Assembly (NCBI GenBank): GCA_030390025.1
Contig: CM059432.1
Location: 131,194,001-131,258,000, forward strand
Direction of reading: 5' to 3'
DNA: 64,000 nucleotides
Origin: Squalus acanthias
Taxonomy: Eukaryota
Positions 11,056-26,000 of the stretch are shown here, piece by piece. A program made the position numbers and the translations under genes. The notes under the pieces were generated by a model. The model was not told where the DNA came from. It ran no database searches and saw nothing but the letters and a program-made list of their open reading frames with translations. How positions within the stretch are numbered: position 1 is the stretch's first letter; every line of letters begins with the position of its first letter.

Positions 11056-14000
11056 GTAAGTATTTAGTGGTGAGAAAATGTACACAAATTGCACTTACGT
11101 CAAGTGTGCAACTAATTTACTACAAAGTTTTTGACACTTAGCTGGTGTATAACAGAACACCACTAATCTGATCCCATCAGGACCAAACAAGATTCAGGTT
11201 GGCAATTTCTTTGGACTAGCTTATTCTACCTAGTCCTACAAATTATTTAATGTTATTAACTAGTACTCTGCATAACATTATTTGGAAGCAAGACTAAATT
11301 TCCATTTAATTTTACAGATATTTTCAAATTAGATTGAATTTTTGTAAATTTTCACAGTATTTTATGGTTGTGTAATAAATGAATTTAAAACATTTCAGTG
11401 TTACAAGGAAAAAATGTATATTATTTGCAATACGAAAACTGCAACTTCCTTGCCGTTGAGCGTATTTCTGATGCATAATTGAGGCAAGTAAATTTTTGTG
11501 CTTCGGCCATACAATTGCTTCCTCTCCATACGCCCCCCCCCCCCCCCCCCCCCGAGTGCCCTCATTTACAAATATAATGAGCAACAATGGCGCTGTCGCT
11601 CTAGGTTTCCTGCTTTTATACTCCTGATGCATTCAGGGCAACTTAGACTGAGAATTACAGGCAGCACAGATCGTATGAGGGTTTTACTGAGGAGAAGTGT
11701 ATAAGACGAGTGTGTTTCACCAAAGAAGCAATAGAACAGCACTGTTACCTACTGCATCAGGACCTGTAGCCACACTCATCAGTTAGCACTGAATGTTAGC
11801 AGGACCTGGGGGTGGGGGTTGGGGAGAGGCGATCCAGTGGGGTTGGGGGCTGGCAGCATGCCAGAGTATTTTTGTGGGGCCAGAAGAAGAATCTGTGATT
11901 TACTATATAGGGATGTCTGAGCATTCTCAAGAACTTTATGAAGCATTTCCACTTATTAAACAATTAACTTCAATGGGATGCGAAAGGATCTAACCAGGGT
12001 AAAATAGAACCAAAGACTGACAGGAAAAACTGTAACGGAGCAATGGGTGATCTTTAAGGAGGAGATGTTCCAAGTACAGGCTAGGTACATTCCAGCAAGA
12101 GGGAAGGGTAAGGGAACCAAAGCAAGGGCTCCTTAGATGACGAGGGAGATAGAGAAGATGATGAAACAAAAAAAGAGGGTGTTTGATGCATGTCAGGTGA
12201 ATTCTTCAAGGGAGAACCAGACCAAATACAATAAGTTGAGAGGGGAAGTGAAGATGAAAATAAGATTGGCAAAGAGAGAATATGAGAGTAGAATGGCAGT
12301 TAACATAAGAGGAAACCCAAATATCTTCTACCAGCATGTAAACAGTAAGCTGGTAGTAAGAGGCGGGGTGGGGCCTATTAGGGACAAAGAAGGTGTTATA
12401 CGCATAGAGGCGCAGGGCAAGGCCCGAATACTGAATGAGTACTTTGTATTGGTGTTTACTAAGGAGTTGGATGCTGACAAAATAATGGTAGAAGCAATGG
12501 AAGGGGTGAAAATTGATAGACACGATGTACTAGAAAGGCTGGGTATGGTTAGAGTGGATAAGTCTCCTGGTCCAGATGGCTTGCATCCCAGGTTGCTAAG
12601 GGAATTGGGGGAGGAGATAGCTGAAGGGCTTGCCATAATTTTCCAATCTTCCCTAGATGCGGGGGAGGTGCCTGAGGGTTGGAAAGTGGCAAATGTAATA
12701 CCATTGTTCAAGAAAGGGTGTAAGGACAATCCTAGTAACTACAGGCTGGTCAGTTTAACATCAGTGGTGGGTAAAGTTTTAGAAACAATAATCGAGGAAA
12801 AAATTAACGGACATTTGGAGAGGTTTAAGCTCATTAAGGAGAGCCAACACGGATTTGTAAAAGGCAGATTGTGTTTGACTAATCTAATTGAATTTTTTGA
12901 TGAAGTAACAGGGAGGATTGATGAAGGGAATGCAATGGATGTTGTCTACATGGATTTTAGGAAAGCGTTTGACAAAGTACCACATAGAAGGCTGGTTAAC
13001 AAAATTGAGGCTCATTGAATAGGTCATTGAATAGGTGGGTCAGTGGCAGATTGGATATGGAATTGGCATAAGGACAGAAAACAGTGAGTTGTGGTAAATG
13101 GCTGTTTTTCAGACTGGAGGAAGGTAGACAGTGGTGTTCCCCAAGGGTCAGTGCTGGGGCCACTGCTTTTTTTGTTATTTATAAATTACCTGGATATTGG
13201 AATAGAATACAGAGTAGAATTTCTAAATTTGCCGATGACACCAAACTTGGGGGTGTGGCAAACTGTGAGGATGATACCAATCGACTGCAACAGGACATAG
13301 AAAGGCTAGCAGAATGGGCAGACAAGTGGCAGATGGAATTTAATACAGAGCAGTGTGAGGTGATGCATTTTGGCAGAAGGAACAGGGAGAGGCAATATAC
13401 ACTTAATGGCACAGTTTTAAAGAGTGTGCAGGGACAGAGGGACCTGGGATAGGTGCCTGAAGGTGGCAGGACATATTGAGAGAGTGGTTAACAAAGCATA
13501 TGGGATCTTGGGCTTCATAAATAGAGGTATTGAGTACAAAAGTAGAGAAGTTATGCTGAACCTTTATAAAGCGCTGGTTAGGCCACAACTGGAATATTGC
13601 GTCCAGTTCTGGTCCCCACACTTTAGGAAGGATGTGAAGGCACTTGAGAGGGTGCAGAGGAGATTTACCAGAATGGTTCTGGGGATGGGGTATCTTGGCT
13701 ACAAGGACAGGTTGGAGAAGCTGGATCTGTTTTCATTAGAGCAAAGGAGGTTGAGGGGTGATTTGATTGAGGTGTACAAGATTATGACGGGTTTGGATAG
13801 GCTAGACGGGGAAAGGCTGTTCCCACTAGTTGATAGTACAACGACTAAGAGACACAGATTTAAGGTTTTGGGCAAGAGATACAGGGGGGACGTGAGGAAA
13901 AACTTTTTTACACAGCGAGTGGTGAGGACCTGGAACTCGCTGCCGACGGAAGTGGTGGAAGTGGAGACACTCAATGTTTTCAAGGGGAGACTGGATCGGC

Positions 14001-17000
14001 AGGGCTACGGGGATAGAGCGGGGAAATGGGACTGACTGGATTGCTCTACAGAGAGCTGGCACAGACTCAATGGGCCGAATGGCCTCCTTCTGTGCCGTTA
14101 TGACTCTATTGGGGAAAAATTCGGTTGCTTTGCGCCTCCCGTTAGCACCCTAAGCGGGCGCTAACAGGGCACGAAGCAACTCGCGCCTGGGCGCGGCGCC
14201 GCCAACGCCTCCCGCAAAATTCAGCAGAATGTTAGCGGCGGTGCTAACCGTTAGCGCACTGCGGCGCTGACGATGACATCATCGCCGTGCGCAGCACCCC
14301 GCTCGCGTTCTGGCCACAATCGTTGGTAGCGCCCCCTGACTTACCTCCGGACGCTATGTCCAACGGAGTCAGGGGGGCCTACCTGCGGCCGGGGCGGCAC
14401 GATTTAAAGACGAGCTGCCGGGCAGCCATTTTTGTTGCTGGCTGCCTGCCAGCACCGGCCTCCTTACCCGCCCCCCCCGCAGAGTGCCGGCTGCGCTCCA
14501 TGAGCCCGGCACTTCTCTTGAGTGCCGAGCTCTTTTGCCAGCACTCCCGATCCCTGGGGGCCCAGCTGGGCCCCGGGTCACACTGCGCAAGGCCCCTCCC
14601 CTTTAAGAAGGGGAGGAAGGCCTGCAATACCGCGGCGCGACGTGCTGCACATAGCACTGCGATATTCCCTCGCAGTGCCCCAAGAGGGAGGTGGAGCACT
14701 TCCAGTAGTGCCCCGCTTCGCTCTTGGGGCGCTACCACTCAATTTCGGTCGCGGGGGCGCCAATTTTCCCGGGGCGCTAAAAGTAGTGCCCCGACGAAGT
14801 TAGTGCCCCAAAGGGGGCGCGACTCAATTCTTTGACCTTTGACTCTATGACCTTCTATGGGCAGTCCATGGTAAGATTTCATGGATCTTGCAGTAGAGGA
14901 ATGGCTGGTGCTGCCCCTCTATTTAGATTGTCCTTGCTTGTCTGCAGGCAGCTCCACTTGTTCATCCTCACTTGTGCTGTGTGCTTGCATTATTTTCGGG
15001 GCACAGTACTTGCGGTGTACATACTTAAATTGGCAGGATGTGAATAGTGGTGTCCCGATCTGTTAGGGCCTCAACTATTCACAATATTTATTAATGACTT
15101 AGATGATGACATAGAAAGTCATCTGTCCAAGTTTGCCGATGACATAAAAATAGGTGGCATTGTAGGCAGTGTAGATGAAAGCATAAAATTACAAAGGAAT
15201 ATTGATAGATTGCGTGAAAGGGCAAAACTGGCAAATGGATTTCAATGTAAGCAAATGCGAGGTCATCCACTTTGGACCTAAAAAGGATAGAACAGGGTAC
15301 TTTCTAAATGGTGAAAAGTTAAAAACAGTGGATGTCCAAAGAGACTTGAGGGTTCAGGTACACAGATCATTAAAATGTCATGAGCAGGTACAGAAAATAA
15401 TTTAAAAGACTAATGGAATGCTGGCCTTTACATCTAGAGGACTAGAGTGCAAGGGGTAGTAGTTATGCTGCAGCTGTACAAAACCCTGGTTAGACCACAC
15501 CTGGAGTATTGTGAGTCGTTCTGGGCACCACACCTTAGGAAGGATGTATTGGCCTTGGAGGGAGTGCAGCGTAGGTTTACCAGAATGATACCCGGACTTC
15601 AAGGGTTAAGTTACGAGGAGAGATTACACAAGTTAGGGTTGTATTCCCTAGAATTTAGAAGGTTAAAGGGTGATCTGATCGAAGTTTTCAGGATATTAAG
15701 GGGAACAGATAGGGTAGATAGAGAGAAACTATTTCCGCTGGTTGGGGATTCTAGGACTAGGGGGCATAGTCTAAAAATTAGAGCCAGACCTTTCAGGAGT
15801 GAAATTAGGAAACACTTCTACACACAAAGGGTGGTAGAAGTTTGGAACTCTCTTCCGCAAACGGCAATTGATGCTAGATCAATTGTTAATTTTAAATTGG
15901 AGATTGATAGCTTTTTGTTCACCAAAGGTATAGAAGATAGGAGCAGGAGTAGGCCATTCGGCCCCTCGAGCCTGCTCCGCCATTTAATGAGATCATGGCT
16001 GATCATCCAAATTCAGTACCCTGTCCCTGCTTTCTCCCCATATCCCTTGATCCCTTTAGCCTTAAGAAATATATCTATCTCCTTCTTGAATATATTTAAT
16101 GAATTGGCCTCAACTGCCTTCTCTGGTAGAGAATTCCACAGGATCACCACTCTCTGGGTGAAGAAATTCCTCCTCATCTCAGTCCTAAATGGCCTACCCC
16201 TTATCCTTAGACTGTGACCCCTGGTTCTGGACTCCCCCGCCATCGGGAACATCCTTCCTGCATCTAGTCTGTCTAGTCCTGTTAGAATTTTATAAGTTTC
16301 AATGAGATCCCCTCTCATTCTTCGAAACTCTAGCAAATATAAGCCTAATCGACCCAATCTCTCTTCATACGTCATTCCTGCCATCCCAGGTATCAGTCTG
16401 GTAAATCTTCGCTGCACTCCCTCCATGGTAAGAACATCCTTCCTCAGATAAGGCGACCAAAACTGCACACAATACTCAAAGTGTGGTCTCACCAAGGCCT
16501 TGTACAACTGCAGCAAGACATCCTTGCCCCTGTACTCGAATCCTCTCGCTATGAAGGCCAACATACCATTTGCCTTCTTAACCGCCTGCTGCAGCTGCAT
16601 GCTTACCTTCAGCGACTGGTGCACAAGGACTCCCAGATCTCGTTGCACTTCCCCTTTTCCCAATCTATTGCCGTTCAGATAATAATCTGCCTTCCTGCTT
16701 TTGCCACCAAAGTGGATAACCTCGCATTTATCCACATTATACTGCATCTGCCATGCATCTGCCCAATCACCCAACCTGTCCAAATCATACTGGAGTTTCT
16801 CTGCATCCTCCTCACAGCACACACGCCCACCCAGCTTTGTGTCGTCTGCAAACTTCGAGATATTACATCTAGTTCCCTCGTCTAGATCATTAATATATAT
16901 TGTGAATAGCTGGGGTCCTAGCACCGATCCCTGTTGTACCCCACTAGTCACTGCCTGCCACTCGGAAAAAGACCCGTTTATTCCAACTCTTTGCTTCCTG

Positions 17001-20000
17001 TCTGCCAACCAGTTCTCTATCCAAATCAGTACCTCACCCCCAATCCCATGTGCTTTAACTTTGCACGCTAATCTCTTATGCGTATTAAGGGATATGGGCC
17101 AAAGGCGGGTATATGGGGTTAGATCGCAGTTCAACCATGATCTCATTGAATGGCGGAACAGGCTCGAGGGGCTGAATGGCCTACTCCTGTTCCTATGTTC
17201 CTATGTTCCCTATACTAAGGGCATTGACTAAATTTGAGGTGGCAAATTATGGACAAACTTCCATTGACATTCTTGCTCTGGCCTGAGAATTTCTTCCTCA
17301 TCTGCTCTCACCACCTGCTCTACTGCATCTTTTCCAGCAGAACATTTAAACTATCATGATTGGAGGGGGGCAGGTTTGACCATGTTCCCTTGCTGACCTT
17401 TCATAGCTGCTTTTCAATGCAACCAAAGCAGTCAGCTCAGTTAAGATGGAGCAGAAACTCTTACAGAACTGCTTATAAAACATTTTTGTTTTTTAATAGC
17501 TTGAGCTGATAGTGAAGTACCAAATATTTGAAGTCTTAAAACATCCTACAGTTCAACACTTCATCAACCTGAAGTGGAATAGCTATGGATTGTAAGTAAA
17601 TATTTTATGTTATCTTTTCTTGTTAATTATGGTTATAATGGCTGAGGGTTTCTGCTTCTCGGCTTGCCAGCCTGTAATTTTCTGCCAGTTCAATGATTTT
17701 CAGTGCTGTGTAAGTGTAGAACTAGGTTAGATGTCAGGAGGTTTTTCTTTTCCTGGAGGGTCATTGACCTTTGGAATAAGTTGCCGGCCAGAGTAGTGAA
17801 TGCAGGTTCGCTGCAAATATTCAAAAGGGAGCTGGATGAGTTCCTGGAGGTGGCCGATATTGCTGAGTAGCAAAGTTAGGTGGGTTGTTGGGTGATGTAC
17901 CATGTGATCATTGTTATTTCCATTGGATGTCGGAGAGAAATATCCCAGAATTCTCTTTTCCTGAATTGGCCTAGGGTTTTTTTTAATATATCTTATTATT
18001 TGCCTCTCACAAGAGATTACATGGCTGTTGGTGGGAGGAGGTTGTGTTATTTAGTTGCAACATGGCAGAATGGGACAAACTCAATGGACTAGCTGGTCTT
18101 TTTTTGTCTATCTCTTTTGTCTGCTCATGTGTTCTGCCCGTCACAAAGATGCACCCTGATCCCGGCTCATTTATTGGCCTTAGGGGTTGGCTTCTGCTGA
18201 GGAGTCTTCTTGGTGTGAGTCTGCCCGGTGGGAGAGCAGAGATTAGCTACAGGAGGCAATTTTTTAAAACTCTTTTTGAATTTGGCACCTAAGTCTATGC
18301 TGTCAAGCACTGAATGATCAATTGCATAAGCTTTTGGAACTGTTCAATTTTAAGCAGTCCCAGTGCTGCCCATAGCAATGCTCGGCATCAGGGACAACCA
18401 GGCATCCCTTGCAACCAGCAGTTATGCCGGGGAGTTGGTGTAACTTGAGCGTGTCATGGTATTTAGCAGATATTTGGTTTTAATATTCGCCTTCTGTAAG
18501 TATCTGACATCATTAATAATTATCAATTCATTTTGAACTGTTAATTTGGTGAGAAACTATTTCTCAGTTAGAAGAGTTCCTATTGATGAGCTTCATCTAC
18601 AGTTGTTGACGTTTTCAATGCATTGTCTTGGTTCAGTGTCTGTTTGACTAAGCTGAGCTTCAAATTCCACATTTGAGCCACCACCAATCTTGCCTATGGC
18701 CAACTCTGCAACATCACGCGCCTCCACCCCATCTCATTCCTACTACTGCTGAAATCCTTATCCATGCCTTTGTCACCTCCAGACTCAGCTACTCCAATAC
18801 TCTCCTTGTCGCCGCCCCCCCCCCCCCACCCCCCTGCCGAGTTCCACCATTCAGTTAAAGTGTGGTGTAGGAGAAGACTTACATATGAAAGGGTGGAGAT
18901 GGTTGTGCAAGGAGTGAATCTCTTAAAGAGGTAATATCCCTTGCTGATTCCTCCTTCCCCCAGTAAGATGGCAGATTATTTGTTTTGTTTGGAGAGTGGA
19001 ATAAAAATGAAGTATTTCTCGGTCTCTTTAAATTCAGTCACAGTACATAAGCAGGTAGAATTTCCACAGGAGTTCTCCCAATCTCCCGCCGTAATTCGTT
19101 GAAAGATCAGCAGAAATCCTGAAGAAAGGGCATAAACGGTCATTATTTTGTTTCTCTGAGGTTTCCACCAAAGTTACGATGGGAGAACCCCTATGGAAAT
19201 TCTGCCTCAAGCTGTTTAAAAAGACAGATACCTGTACCATGTTTATTCTGATACAATGTCACCAGTTTTGACAGTTACAGGCTGGAGACAGAAATAATTC
19301 AGTAATGCTGTGCGATTGGTTCAGTTTGTACATGACTGACAGTTCCTTTTTACATCTGAGTGTTATATTTAAAATCCAAGCACTCCTAGTAACTGTTTTC
19401 TGGACTATAAAGAAGAGCTGTTCTGTTCAAGTGAAAGAGTATGTTTGAGGAGTCAGCTGAAAAGAACTGATCAGTTTGAAATTCCAGAAAGAGAGAAAAA
19501 TCCATTTGAATTACCAAGAACAGTATAGATTAATTAATTCAAGGAAAATAAACTCTAAATTTAAAATTTACTTACAAAGTATTAACTTAGTTCTTAGAAT
19601 TGCGACCATTACTATTTTGTTCACTTTAGGAATTGGGTGTAGAGGTGCCTTCTGTAAATATATAAATATATTATATGACTGTTACTTATGTGCTTGTAAA
19701 ATAAATTTGCTTGATATTTTAAACTTAAAATGAGGTTTGATGTAATACTTCACCATTTTTGTAGACTGGAGTAATATTTAAGGAGGCATAAGTCTAGTAG
19801 TTAAAAGTAATTACCAGACATGGTTTGCTGTTCATTTTCTTGGACACATTACGGAACGCTTACTGAGATCTCAAGGCAAGGATAGATATTCTTGAAGATA
19901 TGGGAGTTGGGAACTTGTGACAGTGACCTAAGGTATGCATGATCTAGGAGAGAAAGGTTACAAAAGATTCAAAAACATAACAATGAGGTAGAATTTATTT

Positions 20001-23000
20001 AAAAGATGTGCAGAAAGTGTAACAGTACAAGAAGACAGAGTATTGTAGAATTGTGATGGGGATATATTTAAAAGATTCTTTCGCAAAAGCCAACTCCCTC
20101 AATCTGTGCTGAGCTAACTGATCTCAGAGTGGGCGGGGCGGGAGGGGGGGTTTAAAGGGATCATACAATTGAAGGGAAAATCAACCAGGTTTACCACTCC
20201 TGATCATTACCCAATAACTCCTGCTGGAACTGCACTTGTGGACACCATCTGAGAACAGCAGAGAGCTCAACTGTGCTGCCTCGCCCCCCTTTGTTCAATA
20301 GTACCATTGTGAATGACTGCTTGGACAAAGTACCAAAGGGTATCTGATGCTTCTGGAACTGTACCCTGGAATGGAGTGGAGAAAGTAAGAGGGAAGAAAA
20401 AGTCATCTATATGCCACAACTCAGGCATTAAACTCCTTTAAAGTAATGCAGGAAATGAAAAAAGAAACTGGGGGCTCTTATTGCAAGATATCGCAAATTC
20501 TTGACAGATAAAATAGGCATGCTCTGTACGACCACACTAAAAATGAATGGAATCAAATCTCTGTAGTAAATGAATGCAATGTCAGTGGTGGTATTTTGGT
20601 TGAAAAATATCTTTTATGCTAATTTGAATAGTGCAGGAGAGCTCTCATAATATTTTTAAATTAATTTTCAGTTCTGGAGCCTGCATAGCTTTGGTGCTAA
20701 AATTTATCTTTATCATCACTTGGACAATCCTCATGACAATAACAGACTGGGAGAAGAGACATATTTACACTTTCCCTCAGGTAAAATTTAAGTGAAGTAG
20801 GCATGTCACAAAATCACCAGTTGAAAGGAAAAGGCTTACTGTGATTGCTATGTGCATTTTCCTATTTATTGATAATTGATATTAATAAGTCTAATGAAGA
20901 ACCTCCATTGACTTTGAAAGTAAATCATGGAATATTTTTCCACAAATCGCTTTTACTTTTAGCAATTTAGAGCAACTCCTAGTACACGTCATTGTCCAAC
21001 TGCTTGCATGACTGAGTACAGCAATACTAGGAGTTTTATGTCTACTTCCTGTATGAAGAAAATGGCTGTCCAATTATCAAAGATGATTTGGGTGGTTTTA
21101 AAACCAGTTTGCATATTCTGATGTAGGCTTGACATGGTAGTAAGGGGTAAAAATTCACTTGGTTGCGCCACCCGTTAGCGCCTTAAGAGGGCGCTAATGG
21201 GGCGCAAAGCCGCTAACGCCCGGGCGCAGCGATGTTTGCGCCGCTCGAGAACTTAACTTGAGATTGTGCGGCGGCGCTAAAACTTACCGCTGCGACCACC
21301 TGCGCGCGCAGATTGTGACGTCATTCCATGGTGCAACGCCCTTGGGGCGCCCCGTAGCGGAAATTGAGTGGCGCCCCCTGCCTTACCGCCTGGCGCTTCC
21401 AACGACCAGAAGACTGGAACGCTATCAATCGCTGTGGGGCTGGGGGGGGCGCTATTTAAAGGGGGCCTCTTCCTGTCTTTTATTGTTGGTGGCATTTTTG
21501 AACTACGCATTCTGAGAGAGAGAGGGAGAGACTTCTGGAGAGATTCAACGTTGTGTGAAGGAGTTTTGGGTACTGAGCAGCACTTTGCAGGTTCATTTTG
21601 ATTTGCCATTCCTTGTATCGATTTAGCAGAGACCGTGGGAGCTGCACTCTGAGCTCTTTGCCTGATGTTTCAATTGGACAGTGGACTAAAAACACTAATT
21701 GAGCCAATTATTGAGGTGGGAAGAGGAAAGAGGACAGATCCGATTAACAAGTAATGCTACATATTCCAAATAGTAAAATTATGTTATGTAATATTCAGGC
21801 CAGTCCTTAACTCTGATACATTGAAACAACTTAAGCAAGTCAAGACTGCAGAGATACTCAAAAGTCACAATTGTGACTTCATACTTCCAGCTGCAGAATT
21901 TCCCTGATGCTGGTGGAGGGTCTTTACAAGGATCAATGTAAAACCCTTATTGCTGACCTGTACGGGCTGACTGAGAGCTATGGATAACACTAAATGGTCC
22001 ACCGCCAAAATAGTGCTTCTACTGTTGGAAAAATAAGGCACCCAATCAGTTGAAGGTACAATTTACATTGTAACTAGCATATTGAGTTAGGAATAATCCA
22101 CTTAATTCTGATATGGCACGTTTGAAGATTCTGTCTGCAAATCTGGATGGAAAATTATATGATAAATGTAAAGAGCTAGCCATAAATTTAAATACACAGA
22201 CAGGAATCTGGAGCCTTTATCTTAGCTGAGGAAGTCATGATCAGGTGAACTACATTATTTGGGAACATCAAAAAATCTCCAAATCTCAATGGTATTAAAA
22301 CCCTGATTTTGTGAGACTCTGGTGGCAGTATGGGCCCTCGCTAAGAGAAAACATGGATCGTGAAAATGGACGTGGTGACCCAAGTGCCTCATTTATAACA
22401 CACATCATTTCATAGAGATGAAAGTGGCCAAGTGTACTTTTGGCCTGTGCCAGCCTGATTTCAATACCTAAATTATATATGCCGAATTTCACGTTAATTA
22501 CTTTCTTTGGGCACCAGTACCTTCATTTCGACATTGGCAGAGTGAACTATCAGTATAATGTACTGTAGTTCAGTCTAATGTTACCTGGGATTTCTCCATT
22601 GTGGCTACCTAATTGATTCAAGTAGGACTCCCTAAGTATCTCCTGGATGACTGTCTGGCTCAATGTCTTCAGCAGAGTCTTTGAGAGAAGCCATTCAGAC
22701 CATGCTGTCCATGCTCCAATTCCTAGAATCAACTGAGAAACATTTTAGCAGCAGCCTACTTCCTTCATAGGACCATGATTCCAGGTGGAATAGGCATTTG
22801 TATCTCAAACAGAGGTAATATGTGTGAAATGCTTGGTTTTGAGACTCTGCTTGAGATTCCAGGCAAAGTATTATCTATATTAATCAAACTTACAGAGGAT
22901 AAAATCCCTGGTCCGGATAGAGTGCATCCACGCATATTAAGAGGTTAGGGAAGAGATAGCAGAGGCACTATTACATATATGTAAAAATTGGCTGGCGGAC

Positions 23001-26000
23001 AGCTAATGTGATTTCTATATTTAAAAAGGGAGATAGAGGAAGTCCAGGGAACTATAGACCAGCTAGCTTAACATCGGTGATAGGAAAGATAATGGAATCT
23101 TTAATCAAAGACATAATTGAAAAACAACTAGAAACTGAAAATATAATAAAGTGTAGTCAACATGGTTTTCAAAAGGGAAAGTCATGCTTGACCAACCTTA
23201 TTGAATTCTTTGAAGAAGTAACAAAGAGTAGACAGGGGTAATGTAGTGGATGAAATATATTTGAATTTTCAAAAGGCCTTCAATAAGGTATTGCATAGTA
23301 GACTCTTGACTAAGGTCAGAGCATGTAGAGTCAGGGGCAGGTAGCAGAATGGATAACAAACTGGCTACAAAACAGAAAACAGAGTAGGGGTTCAGGGTAG
23401 CTACTCAGACTGGTGTTGGTGAAAAATTAATTCACTCGAGTCTGTCGTAAAGCAAAAGATCACAGTTTATTATTCAGAGCGCTCCGGGAGAATTCAGAGC
23501 GCTCTGGGAGAAGCGTCACAGCCTGCGGTCTCATGATCCGCTTCTCAATCCAACAATGGCAGCCACGCTTCTTTATACACTTCCAAAAGACAAAAAATAC
23601 AAACCTCAGCACAGTCATTACATCATAAGCGACTCTTATGGTCTCTAAAAACAACTTGTTTTAGAATCTTACAATGTTAGCGAAACTCATCTTTACTTCT
23701 GCTTTTATCAGCCATCTGTGCTGCATTGGTTTCATTCTTACACCTATTCGAGGTTAGTTTATAGAAAAACAATGATTTACATTTTTGTTCTGCGGTGTCT
23801 GCATTACAATACTGCAGCCTCAGCAAGTTGGTCTTTTATCTAATTATACCCCTGTCTCCATGCCTTCGGGAGATACTTTGACCTTTACTATAGTCCTTTA
23901 AGCAGTTCAACTAATCTTAAACATTACAACTGATTTGCCCTTACATTATTACAATTAAATTTTTTACTCTTGCACTGGCAAAAGGTTGGAAGTGGTTTTC
24001 CACAGAGAGCAGTGCTGGGACCACTGTTGATCACAATTTACATTAACAATTTGGACTCGGGAGATGGAAGTACAATTTTAAAATTTGCGGACGACACCAT
24101 GTTGGGAGTTGTAGTTAACATAAAGGAAGAATGCGACAAAGTACAAGAGGACATTAATAACCTTACAGAATGGGCATGTAAATAGCAAATTAGATATATA
24201 TGAGTGTGAGGTGGTGCATTTTTGGTAGGAAGAATAAAGAGGCCACATACTGCTTGGATAATAAAAGTCTAAATGGGGTAGAGGAGCAAAGGGATCTCGG
24301 GGTACACATTCACAAATCACTAAAAGTAGCGATGCAGGTTAATAATGCCATAAAAATAACAAAACAAGCACTAGGGTTCATTTCTAGAGAGATAGAACTG
24401 AAAAGTTAAATTTGTATCAAATCTTGGTTAGACCACACTTAGAGTACCCTGCACAGTTTTGGTTTCCATATTATAAAAAGGATATAGAAACATTGGAGAA
24501 GGTGCAAAAATGATTCACAAGGCTGATACCAGAACTGAGAGGATATACTTATCAGGAAAGGCTGAATAGACTGGGACTCTTTTCTCCAGAAAAGAGAAGA
24601 CTGAGGGTGATCTGTCTTTAAGATAATGAAAGGATTTGATAGAGTAAACATAGAGAAAATGTTTCCAATTGAGGGGAGCCCATAACTAGAGGCCATAAAT
24701 ATAAGATAGTCAGTAATAAATCCAATAGGGAATTCAGGAGAAACTTCTTCACCCAAAGAGTGGTAAGAATGTTGATCGCACTATCACAGGAGTAATTGAA
24801 GCAAATAGTGTAGATGCATTTAATGGTAAGCTAGATACGCACATGAGGGAGAAAGGGGTAGAAGGATACACTGATGGGGTTTGATGAAGAGGGGTGGGAG
24901 GAGGCTTGTGTGGAGCATAAATGCCGGCATAAACCAGTTGGGCTGAATGGCCTGTTTCTGTGCTGTAGACCCAATGTAACTCAATGATATATTAGAAGAG
25001 GACCTTCAAATCATCATGGAACATTTCTCGGATGTTTGTAAAAAATTTGGCCTCAATATCAATCTGAAGAAGATTGAAGTTATATACCAGCCTGCCCCGG
25101 GAAACCTTATGTGCCACCCAAAATTACCATTGAAAGGCACACAGCTGTCTGCAATGGACAGGTTCACCTCCCTAGGAAGCATCATGTCACGTGATGCGCT
25201 CCTCGATAATGAGGTGAACCACAGATTGTTTAAAGCCTGTAGTACTTTTGGAAGGCTCAGTGTGAGGTTATGGGTAAAAGGGGCATTAAGCTGACAACAA
25301 AATTTAAGGTTTACAAGGCAATAGTTATAATATCCTTACTGTATGTGTGCAATAGCTGGACCACTTACAGTTGCCACATCATTTCCACCTAGGTTGCCTC
25401 AGAAAAATTTGATGATAGGACAAGATTCTTAGAAGAGCAAATATGCAGGGCAAAGAGGCAATGATAATAAATGCACAGCTAGATGGGCTGGTCACCTAGT
25501 CCTAGCTTGATACTAGACTACCCAAGAAGTTATTCTACAGTGAGCTTGAAGCTCTTGTGGTGGTCAGTTCAAAAGATATAAGGAATGCCTAAAGACCAAT
25601 CTTAAAAAAGTGTGGCATCTTAACTGACACACGGGAACATGATGCTTGGGAACAAAGTGGCAAAAGATGATTCACAATGGCACAAAACAGCTTGGACAAA
25701 TTGCATCCAGCTAGCCGAGGAAAGAGAGCCCAAAGGAAATCATAGAAAGATCAGCCTTCCGGTCAATCTGACATCCGATGTCCTGTGTGTCCTTTACAGT
25801 CATATGAGAACTTACAATCTGCATGAAATTGGAGATGAATCAGAGACTGTCATCATTGACAACAATGGACAAATCATCATCATTGTCACCCACCGAGGAA
25901 GGGTTTCAGCAAAGGAAGCATGGCATACTCCTTGCGTTTTATGGTACTCAGAGCAGTGTGGCATCTCTCAACCACTTCAAATAAAATTATTGAAAGTTTA

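Noticed and set aside
14287..14835. Overlapping GC-rich ORFs (also 51909-52510 and 58508-59070)
   Set aside because: Stop-poor frames caused by high GC in MITEs and a minisatellite; no recognisable domains.
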